Assembly (NCBI GenBank): GCA_002269645.1
Contig: NIVC01000281.1
Location: forward strand, 19,809-83,808
Source of the DNA: Macrostomum lignano
Taxonomy: Eukaryota
Reading direction: 5' to 3'
DNA length: 64,000 bases
The notes under the pieces were generated by a model, which searched no databases, had not been told where the DNA came from, and saw nothing but the letters and a program-made list of their open reading frames with translations. Below are positions 26,544 to 37,400 of the stretch, piece after piece. How positions within the stretch are numbered: position 1 is the first letter of the stretch; each line of letters begins with the position of its first letter. The position numbers were made by a program, and so were the translations under genes.

Positions 26544-29500
26544 TTACAAGTAGGTGATTGATTTGGCTCTAGCAGCGAGGGATTGGAATCGGTACTCGAT
26601 CGAGGCCGGCTGCTTGAACTCGGCTTGCTCGTTTTCTTGCACTAGCTCTTGCCGACTTGTCAAACTGATCGCTGCGACCGAACCTGACACACTAGCCACT
26701 GCTTCAAACCCGACACCCTGATTAGGATTCTCCTCTGGTTCTGAGCGCCGTTCGTCAACAGCGGGAATCGAACTTCCCTGCTCCCACGACTCTCCACAGT
26801 CCAGATCCAGAGAGCCCCTATCTGGTAAGCCTGCTGCGGTGAAAGATCTGTCACTCGAGGATTGCTGACCTTGGATGGAAGCCCGAGGCTCTTCCGTCTC
26901 AGGTGCCAGTCCAAATCTGTCGATAAGGTCAATGTACGCTGGTCTTCTCACACACCTCTTCAGCCTGTCAATGTTGTAGACATTGTGCTTTGGGTTTGGT
27001 ATTCCGGCGTCTGACACTGGGGCAAGCCGGTAATTTCTGTCCGATACCTTTTCGATGATCTTGTACGGCCCAAACCACACCGCAGTGTCCAAGCCCTTGT
27101 GGTCCGGATTTAGGACCCACACGAGCTCTCCCTCCTTAAAGACCGAATGGTGAGTGCCCCGATCGTAGTAGCGCTTCTGGCGCTGTTGGGCTTTGCCTCG
27201 AATCTGTCTGGCCAAGGTCGATACGGTCACCAGCTCGTGGTATAGTTTATGGGCGAACCTGTTGGGCTGATATTGGTCCAGCGCTGGAGGCCCGTATTTA
27301 AGGTCAAGGGGAAATACGAGCTCACGCCCCAAGAACAGGCGCGCTGGCGTGAAGCCAGTAGACTCAGCCTCCGTCGCTCTGATTGACAGGCCAACGAGGC
27401 GGGCTGCTAGCGACCAATTACACTCTCGGCCCTGACACACGGCACGAATTTGACTCTTAATTGTTTGAATAGCTCTTTCAGCCTTGCCATTGGCTTGGGG
27501 CCGGCGAGCTGCGATCCGAACCTTTTCGATTTCAAGGAGGCTGGTGAGCTCTTCCAACACGTGGTTGATGAACGCCGTGCCATTGTCGGACACAATCGCT
27601 TCCATGGCCCCCCACCTGACAACCCACTCGGTAAGAATCGTTTGTGCAGTGGTTTCAGCAGTTATATCTGGCACAGGAATAATTTCGACCCAGCTGGTAA
27701 AGCGGTCAATGAGAACCAGCAAAAACCTGTTGCCGCTTTGTTCCAGGAATGGACCTGCGTGGTCCACGTGAACCACCTGACCCGGGTAGCCGGCAAGGGT
27801 GGGCTGCATCGGTTCCTTATTTTTACGATTAGTTCGCTTTGTTCGGGCACAGGTCTCACATTCGGCGATGATCCCCGTGACATGAGTCTTTAGTTCATTG
27901 ATCTGGAAACGGTTTTTTAGCGCTTTCGTGGTTTTTGTCACCCCACAGTGATTCAATGCTTGATGGTAATTCAGAACGATTTCATCGACGTCCGCTGTCT
28001 CGGGAATGACTAAGACAGAGCGGAAAGGTTTGCCTTTCTTGGCGGGCTTCTGGATGTACAACAGACCCTCGTTAAGACTTAGTTTCTCAAAACTTGAGCA
28101 CAATACTCTGATCTCACGACTGCATGACTGGAGCTCTTCGCTACTCGGTTTCTGCCCACCCTTCACGGCTTCTATCAGCCTTAAGATGTCAATTGAGGAT
28201 TCTTGAGCTTGCCTTGCCCAGTTTTCTTCCTGCTGATCCGACAACCCATCCTCCGAATCAGAATCGCTTGCAACGACTGGTTTAGCAGGGTGCTCCACAA
28301 CCCGGATTGCTGGCGCTTCAGCAAGCATTCCCATCTCTGCCTGCTGATGTCCAGCATTCTCAGAAAGCAGCTCTGGTTGATGGAAAGTTTGAGTCTCAAC
28401 CTCCTTATTTTCAGATTTAAAATTTTGATTCTCATCGTTCTCTGTCTGGAGAGCGACAGAACACGTTTGAGTCATTTTTGTTGTAAGAGTCTGTACGACC
28501 GCAGTCGTGTTTTTGATCTTACCAGCAAATTTGTCCTTGAACTCTGGTATCTGGCTACATGTCGGACAGTCGTGGTGATCGGCTCGAAACTTTGGGTTTC
28601 GGCTAAGAAAATCAGCGTTTAAGTGCTCTTGACCAGCCCTGTGCCTAACTTCAAAGTCATATTCCCCGAGGCGTTCAGGAGGTGTCTGGTTAATTTTAAA
28701 GTCATAGGCTTCAATTGTGGCCAACCATTGGGCCAGCATGCCCGTGGCATGTCTCTTTGTGTGCAACCATTTCAGCGCTGCCGCGTCGGTGCGTACGACG
28801 AAGGGGCGGTCCAGCAGATAGACTCGAAAGTTCTCGAGCATCATCACCACGCCCAGAAGTTCCCTCATCGTGGCACAATAGTTTCTCTGCGCAGCGGTAA
28901 ATCTTTTTGAAGCGTAACTGATCACTTTTTCTTGATCACCAGCCCCTTGTTGGGACAAGACAGCACCAATTCCCTCGAGCGAGCTGTCGCAATCCAAGAT
29001 AAATGACCCTGCATTCGGTGAAAAGTCGGGATAAGCTAAGACTGGTGGCGAACAGAGGCATGACTTCAGCTCAGAGAACGCTTTGTCATGCTTTTCATGC
29101 CAGACAAACTTCTCAGCCCCTCTTGCCAGAGCGTAAAGTGGCGCGGCTATCACCGAGAACCTAGGGACGAATTTCCTGTAGTAGTTACAGAAGCCCAGAA
29201 ACGACAGCAGCTGCTTCTGATCGATCGGTCTAGGCCAATCGCGAACGGCATCAGTTTTCTCTGGGTCAGCTTCTATTCCCTGTCCCGAAACTATGAAACC
29301 AAGAAACCGCACCTTATCCCTGAATAGCTCACATTTGCTGGGTTTGATTTTTAAGTTTGCCTTGCGCAGCCTCCAAAGTACAAGCGCCAAATTCACTATC
29401 ATCTCGTCATTGTCCCTAGCTTTTACGATGACATCGTCGAGGTAAATCAGACTGACCTTGAGCAACAATAGCTGGAAGACTCGGTGCATCAGCCGAGCGA

Positions 29501-32226
29501 ATGTTGCTGGGGCGGTTTTGATGCCAAAAGGCACAACTTTCCATCTAAAAGTACCTTGTGGGCACGAGAAGGCAGTGAAATCCCTGTCTTGCTCACGAAT
29601 TCCTACTTGCCAGTAGGCGGAGGTCAGGTCAAGGCTCGAAAATACCTGAGCCCCAGCCAAGCTGTCGAAAGACTCATCAACCAGAGGCAGGGGAAAGCTG
29701 CAAGGCTTAATGGCTGGCTTTATTGGTCTGCCGATAGTCAACACACAGTCTCTGGCTACCATCCTTCTTCCGCACCAGGACGATTGGGGACGCCCACTCG
29801 GAGTCACACTCTTCTATCACACCGCATTCTAGCAATTTGGCAATATGCTGGTCTAGGAACTCTTTTTGTGCCGGTGTGGTTCTCCGAGAGGGCTGAAATA
29901 CCGGTCGGCAAGTTGGGTCTTTCAGCTCAATTGACATTTCAGTTACCGATGTTCTTCCTAAATCTGTATCAGATGTTGAAATTTGGCTATTGAAAAAGTG
30001 CAGCAGCTTTATGGTCGTTGTCAGTTGCTGAGATGTCAGGTTTGATTTTCCCAGGCGGAACTGCCCTTTTAGCCACTCAGCAGTAGCCCTATCGGGGTAC
30101 GGCAGCTTTTCTAGGTGCTTTCCCAACCTCTCAGCATTGTCTATGGTAAAGTCTCGCTCGTGTAGCTGAGTGCGAGTGACAATTTCGTCAGTCCCTACAT
30201 CCTGGAAAGAGGCGACTTCCTGTCCCTTCTTGATGGATATCGGGTGGTCTTCACTATTCAGCAATCGGACCAGAACATGGCGGCCTGTGCTAACACTATC
30301 AAGTGACCTGGCTACCAGGCATTCTCCGTCTGCCCGGAAAAGACGCGGTCCAAGGACTCCTTGAGCACCTGGAACCGCTTCAGAGACCCGACTTGGAACC
30401 ACCGCTTCTGACCGAGGTGCCATCTCTAGATCACAAGCGGCTGTCACACGTCTCACGCGGTAGAGCCCGCTGTCACCCTCAATGATCGGAATGGCCTCTC
30501 CATTAACAGTAACTTTGCCATCAGCGAGTAGCAGGTTGACCTTAAAACTCTTTAGGAAATCCAAGCCAAGCAAGACATCCGATAACTTGGTTTCCATGAC
30601 CAAAAACACCTGGGTTTTAGTTAGTTTCCCTAAAGAGACCTCGCAACGCAATGTACCTATAATTTCTGTGGTAGTGCCGTTGAAAGCAGTCGCAGAGCGT
30701 CTATTTGTAGCCTCTGTAAAAACGTTGTTGATGGGGTCAGCTTCTACTAGCTGATCCTTTACGCGAACTCCCATGACGCTGGCGTTAGCACCGGAGTCAA
30801 GACATGCTATTATGCGACTCTCCCCCACTCCCAACTGAACAAAGTAGCTCGAGTCCGTCTTGAACTCACTTTCAAGTGCTGCAGATTGTTCGCAATTCGC
30901 CGGTGAGGCCAACTCACTGACACCTAGTGCACGATCACTTGGTTTCCCAGCTTCAGCCACCCGGTAAAACTTAACCCTGAGTCCCACCATCTGGTGGACT
31001 GTTTTGCACTGAAGCCCCTCATCAAGCTGCTGGAAATGTACGAATACATTGTCGCCCATAAGAGCCGAACGGATGAACCCATGACTCTGAAACCACTGTG
31101 TGATTACCCCAGTCTCCATAGGTTCTGCTCCCTGTCTTACTTGTTCCTTGTCAGTGCGACCCCTGGGATTCAGAGGAGGCGGGTGAGGACAGTCTGCCAC
31201 TAGATGATCAGTTAGGCCACATCGGTAGCATGCTCTTGGTGGGCGGCTTTTGACTGGTGCTCTGTTTGCATAGGCCAGATGGTGCGATGGGGCTGGCCGA
31301 GCATAGTAGCTGCGTCCCTGATTTTTCATGCCCTCGTCACTCAGATGTACCTTATGTGAGTTCCGTTCCAGAGAACTAAGAGCTGGCTGTTGAGCAATCA
31401 GCTTTTCTAATTCTTTTATTCGCGCCTCAAGCTCTGCTGTCTTGTCTGAGCCCACAACGCAAACCTTGGCCACGGATGATTGACCAGGATTTAAGAGCTT
31501 TCGGACACCCGCTATCTCTCTGGCCTTCTTGGCCAGGTCCTCGGAAGAGAGGCAAGGGTTTTCCCGACTAGCCAGCAGCAGCTTTTCAGCTAGACTTCGG
31601 TCAACAAGTCCATGGCAAAACCGAGCTCGGACCAGTGGCTCATACTGATTTATTGGCAATTCAGCTGCGTGTGCTAAGCTAATCAGCCGATCAAAGTACT
31701 GCTGAACATCCTCCATCTCTTGCTGCTGCGCACTGGCTAGTTCTAAGTAGCTTTTGTCTTTCTCGGAGACATCCGTGTATCGCTGACTCAAAGCTTGCAG
31801 GGCTGTGGCGGTGTCCTGCTTGTGAAGTTGGTTGTGGAAACAGTACTCTTGGCATTCAGGAGATAGAAGCGAAAGTAGAACCGCTGACCGCTGCTTTAAA
31901 GGAATATTGTGTGCTTCGACGTAAGTGAGAAACTGCGTCTGCCACAGGTCAAACCTCATCTTCGGCATATATGGCTGGGGCGGCCGAAGCCGGACATTGC
32001 TACTGCCTTCGGGTTTTTGGGTCTGCAAATCAGCTGCTGAAGAGGCGGTCGCACGACTCATGCTGGCAGTCAACACCTGAGCAAAGCTCTCTAGAAAGGT
32101 CTGCATGCTTGCAGGAAGGCCAGAATCAGCGGAGCCGCCAGCAGCGGCTGGCTCCTCATTACCAACTTCAGGACCAACTGGTGCCTGGGCACCATTGCCA
32201 GACTCTTCAGCTTCGTGATCTGCCAT
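26544..32226 (-). CDS. Gypsy Gag-(CCHC)-cold-shock-like-PR-dUTPase-like-RT-RNaseH-IN polyprotein, broken by a 4-bp duplication in RT
   Basis: CYRCGLTDHLVADC knuckle; LDSGA protease; CVDYR...YLDD RT; DCDSS and TDAAAL RNase H; HHCC, DHAG, SDNG, ER integrase; GPY motif. Removing one TGGC of 29711-29718 joins both ORFs into 1892 aa. Confidence 0.93.
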
Positions 32227-33005
32227 TCAACAGCAGTCGCAGCTTTTGAACAAATGCAAGACAGAAAAGAAGAATGAGAGAGAGAAGGACCCAGTTGGCG
32301 GCAGTCTAGCCTAACCCTAGCACAGAAGCAAACACTGACTAAAACCGCCAACTTAAACTAAAGCCCTACCTCTACGGCAATCAGAAAACACTCTCACCAC
32401 AAAGCAAGCGGGCTGGTCTTCGCAAATGTCCGACGCGGCTTGTTCTGTTGCTTCAGCTTGGATTGCCGTCATGCACAGGACTCTAGGACAGCCAGAAACA
32501 GTTGGCGAAGCAGTTCAGGGACAGTAGCCGATGCGCGATACAGTGGAGAATCCTTGGTCTTGACACGTTACTAGTAGTAGGCTCAGTCGCGGCGAGTAGC
32601 TGGCAAAAATTCTTGGGCTATCACGATGGGTTGGAAGCTAAAACTTGCACGCACTTGAATTGGGCAGCCGCGGCATGGAAATTGTCGACTCAATATGCAG
32701 GGGTAGATTTATAAAGTTTCAGCCTAATGTACACCTCACAATGTACAGCGAGGGCCAGTGAAAATTCACAAGTGCAGTAATAATTTGATAGCTGCTTAAT
32801 TTAGGCTGTCCAATTGGGCGCTCTCGTACAACTTGGGGTGGTTGACAGTGGTCTGACTTGCCGAGATGATTTTCCTATTACGGTTCAGAAATAGATGATT
32901 CAGCAGTTCTCTATCGGTTCGGCTCGCTCGAACCGTTCTGACTTGATGATGACGATGATGCAGATTGATGAAGGTGCCGAACCCAATAGCAGCGCAGTGC
33001 AGCTC

Positions 33006-33023
33006 GTCTCGGTGGGACCTCCA
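33006..33023 (-). promoter_or_regulatory. Primer-binding site complementary to tRNA-Gln
   Basis: TGGAGGTCCCACCGAGAC, 7 nt inside the 5' LTR; matches at 17/18 the complement of the 3' end of eukaryotic tRNA-Gln (...ATCTCGGTGGGACCTCCA), recalled from memory. Confidence 0.8.
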
Positions 33024-34402
33024 AAAATTATGTGGCGTTCTGACGGAGCGAGTTCGCGTAGACGAGCTGGGCTGCTATTGTTGGCTAGCGGAGCTCAGAG
33101 TCATATATTAGAATGATAAAACAGTGTTGCCGAATTTCGATTTGATGGAGGAGAAATAGAAACTTATTGTAACGAAATATCCGATGATTAGTATATTTAA
33201 CGATTGCACCAGTATATTAGGAATTGGACGACAACAACTTAGCCACACATCACACCTACGCCTCACCAAGGTATAACTTAATAGATAACAGCATTTAAAT
33301 TTGTGCCAAGAAGACTCCGATAAAACAAAATCTATGCATTTTAACTTTGATTTATAAACAGAAGAAAACAGTTAATAAATAAATTACATACATTTGGAAT
33401 ACTTGATAATTGAAATTACGAAACCGTTACATGCTCCTACATGTATGAAGCTGAGATTTGAGTCTTGTTTAATGGAGTGGAGAGAGATCTGTTGAACACC
33501 AATAATCATTAAAAGAATGTTTCGAGCAGGACAATACTTTATAAGACTTCATTTTTACTAACAGTAGTGTAGTTTGGCTAATTACTTTTGGGTAAACTTT
33601 TGATTTCACCCCTTGGCCTCCCACCAGTAAAATTCGCTACAGTTCGGAATTCAATTTAGGCTAATAATAACTTAAAACAAAGTTTTCGGGCGTATTCAGC
33701 TTACACAGAGGCATCGGAAATCAACGACACGAGATGCTCTTGGCACGAGTGTTTGCCGAAAGCAGCCTCGCGATCCTACTTACATCTATGCGCAACTCCT
33801 ATGGTGCTGCATGGCACCCCTGTTACTGTAATTTTACTAGTTTCACAATATATTTATATGTTGATATAAACATATTCTGCTCTTGGCGCCAAGCTATTGG
33901 CACCCTGGACTCAGTTGAGACACATCATACGCGCCGGATTAACTGTTACACGGACAGGCAGTATCATACACGTACAATCAAAATTTTGAGCCTTAAATAT
34001 GTGTGATAACACATAGAATAAAATTAGTGATATTGGTGCTGATCAAGATATGTTTATTACTGAGCTGTTTTATTCTTTTGGCCCACTATTTGTTATTTCT
34101 TGATATTTTAAAGTATAAAATGCGTTCTGAGAAACGTTTTCTTAACTCACGGATGGAATTGAATAATTGTTAAAGTAGAAATACCATTTTCGTAGACTTT
34201 AAATCGCGCTTTTTTATAGTTTAAAGATACGCTCTATTATTGGCTACTGCTGTTTAATTTGTTGCAATTTTTGGTAATAAGAGGCAATAGGCAAGAGCGT
34301 GCCCAGACCACCCTACTAAGCGAAGCCCCTCGCCTCAAGGCATACCCGCATACAATTGATATAAATTGCACTATAATTTAAGTCACCTTCAAAGACAAAG
34401 CT

Positions 34403-37400
34403 ATGTCATTAAAGTTGTTTGTTTCCTCAGTTTCTGGAAATATGAAGGTGAGTCTAATTTTTCATATGCCAATCAATATTATTGTTGTATGGAGCTACAA
34501 ATGCTTGCCTGAAATTTTCACTTGTCTTAGGCCTTAGTGGCTAAACTAAAACCCCATTGTTGTGTTGAGAAAGTCAGACTGAATTTAGGGGTACACACGA
34601 ACTTAGCCCAAGTTGGCCTACCGACTGGTATATTTATACTTACATATTCATTTAGCTGCGACAGATCAATATCGGAAAACAGATGTACATAGCATATGTA
34701 CATATCTGCAAACCAACTACACAACATTCACTCTCCCTTGCGAACAAGTTGCCTTGTCGATGAAATATTCGAAAATCGATTACATATTCAAGAGCAATAA
34801 AACAGACATGAATATTAGAAATAAAATATTTTTTTGATATCAGAATAAAATATTTGAAAGAGTTCTACATTAAGTTCCAATTTCAAAACCCTCAAATAGA
34901 AAACTCGAAAACCAAAGGCTTGCAACTCAAAAGTCCTTTTCAGTCATTGCAATCAATGAGTCACCACATCCCCGTACCACTGCGGTGGAGCCCGACTCCT
35001 CACACTCGCTCGAATTGACGTTGGTGCTCCTTGATATGGCAGCAGCTCTTTGGCCACCTCTGCCGCTGCTCCCGCCGCCGCCGCGGGTGTCGGAGCGGTT
35101 GTGGCGGCTGGCGCGGGCCACAGCGGCAGCGCTCCCGCCGGCCGCTCCACCCGCATGCAGTTGTCGACGTGCCACCGAGAGCCGTCACTGAGGATCACTG
35201 TGGTGGCACTCGCGATTCTCGAGATCTCTAGCAGCTCGGACAGCCGGCTGCTCAGCTTGCCACGCGCAAACGGCCGCCTCACGCGCACCCAGTCGCTGAC
35301 CCTGAACGCCGGCGGAGGCCTCCTGGCCGAGTTGAGCTTGCTGAAGACTCGCTGCTGCTTCTGCTTGATGCTGCCTGCCAGGTTGTGCTGCGATGGCGTC
35401 CTTGGCTGCAGTGCAGTCAGCGGGGTGCTGATTTTCCGGCTCGTCATCAGCTCCGCCGGTGACACCCCCATCAGTGTGTGCAGGGTGGCCTGGTATGACC
35501 ACAGCAGCGCCCTCACCGCGTACTTGAAACCGTAGCCGTCCTGCAGGTGCGTCTTCAGGCCGTCTTTCAGAAACCGGTTGAAGCGCTCGACCGCAGCGTT
35601 GCCTTGCAGGTGGTAGTGCGGCGACTGGCGGTGCTGGATGCCGCAGCGCTGGAGGAAGTCTTTGAAGTCACTGGACATGAACTGCGGCCCGCCGTCCGTG
35701 TTGATGCTCTTTGGGAGTCCCCAGCGGCTGAACCACGTCGTCAGGGCGTCGATCACGTCAGCAGTGGTCACTGTGGACATGCAGGCTGCTTCTGGCCACT
35801 TCGAATGCAGGTCGTACAGCACCAGAATGAAGTGACATGAGTTCAGCGCCGAATGCAGCTCCCCGAAGATGTTGAGCTGAAGCTCCTCCCAAGGTCGAGT
35901 CGGCCACTTCATCGGAGTCAGCACCGTCTTGGATGGCTTGAAGTTTTTCTCGCTGAGCAGGCAGGCCTCGCAGTGCCGCATGAACTCCTCGATTTGGCTG
36001 TCGATCTGCGGCCACCAGACCGAGTCCCGGCAGTGCTGCTTCATTCTGCTCACTCCGAGGTGCCAAAAGTGCGCCAGCTGCAGCGTCTTCTCTCTCAACA
36101 ACCCGGGGATCACCGCGCGCAATCCATTCACCAGGCACTTGCCTTCATTCCAGACTGTGAGCTGCTCCTTGATCCGCCAGAACGGCTGCAGCTCCGGCCT
36201 CAACTGCTTGATGGAACTTGGCCAGCCCTCCAGCGTCATCTCGATCGCCTGGCTGATCACCGGGTCCTGTAGAGATTCCTCAGCCAGTTTGCTTGGGCTC
36301 ACGATCTGCAGTGCGCCAGACAGCAGGACGGCATTCACTTGTAGCTCCGCCAGGTCCTCCTCGCTGCTGTTGTTGCAGGCGCCGTGTCGCGACAAAAAGT
36401 CCAGAACGGTGTTCTTTTTCCCGGGAATGTGGCAGACCTGGAAGTCATACGCGAGCAGGCGGTCGGCCCACCGGTGCAGTCTCAATGGCCGGTGGCCGCT
36501 GCCCTGAGCCATCAGCAACGTAGTCAGCGCCTGATGGTCCGTGTGCAGCTCGAATCTCCGGCCGAACAGGAAATAGTGCCACCTCTCACAGGCGAAGATG
36601 CATGCCAATGCCTCTCTTTCAGACGCGGAGTACTTGCGCTCAGTCGCTAACAGGGTTCTGGACGCAAACGCGACTGGTCTCCGGACGCCGGCGCCGTCTT
36701 CTTGAAGCAGAACGGCGCCCAGAGCATGCGCTGAGCTGTCGCAGGCAACGATGATCTTCTCATCCGGGCTGAAGAACCTCAGACAGGTCGGTGCCAGCAC
36801 CATCTTCTTGAGCGTTGTGAAGGCCTTCTGGCAGTCTGCGGACCAGTCCCAGGGCACATCTTTCCTCAGCACCCTCAGCAGCAGCTCGGCAACATCCGAC
36901 AGGTTTTGAAGAAAGTTCGCGTAAAATTTCACCATTCCAAGGAATGCCGCCACCGCCTCAGCGCTCTTCGGCTTCGGCACCTGCTCGATAGCGTCCACGT
37001 TTGACTGCATTGGTTGCAGACCGCTTGCAGAGATGATGTAGCCCAAGAACTGCACAGACTCAGCAGCCCACTGGCACTTGCCTGCGTTCAGAGTGACGCC
37101 ATGGGCCAGCAGCTTGTCAAGCACCGCAGTGAGCCGCTTGTGATGCTCAGCCTCACTGGCAGCGTGCACGACTATGTTGTCGATGTAGTGCACCATTCCT
37201 GAGCAGCCGTGCAGAATCTTGCTCAGCACCTTCTGGAAAGCTGCCGGAGCGCTGTTGAGACCGAAACAAACCCGCTTGTACCGATAGAGACCCTTCTCCG
37301 TGATGAAGGCCGTCATATCGCGTCTGTCCTCGGCGAGCTCAAGCTGCAGATACGATGAGTTCAGATCTAGTTTTGAGAAAACCGTCGAGCCCTTGAACTC

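Larger units (their letters stand above)
25277..33431 (-). mobile_element. Full-length Ty3/Gypsy LTR retrotransposon (8155 bp), recent insertion
   Basis: 401-bp LTRs at 25277-25677 and 33031-33431 (TG...CA, about 3 mismatches by eye); TSD TGCT at 25273-25276 and 33432-33435; PBS and PPT present; domain order Gag-PR-RT-RH-IN. Confidence 0.97.
20020..33820 (+). other. Right arm of the inverted duplication, interrupted by the 8.2-kb Gypsy element
   Basis: Homology to the left arm resumes after 33431 (e.g. GAAGCTGAGATTTGAGTCTT versus the reverse complement of 7468-7490). Confidence 0.88.

Noticed and set aside
29707-29807. Programmed ribosomal frameshift between the two Gypsy ORFs
   Set aside because: The break is inside RT rather than at the gag/pol junction, has no slippery heptamer, and is explained by an exact 4-bp duplication
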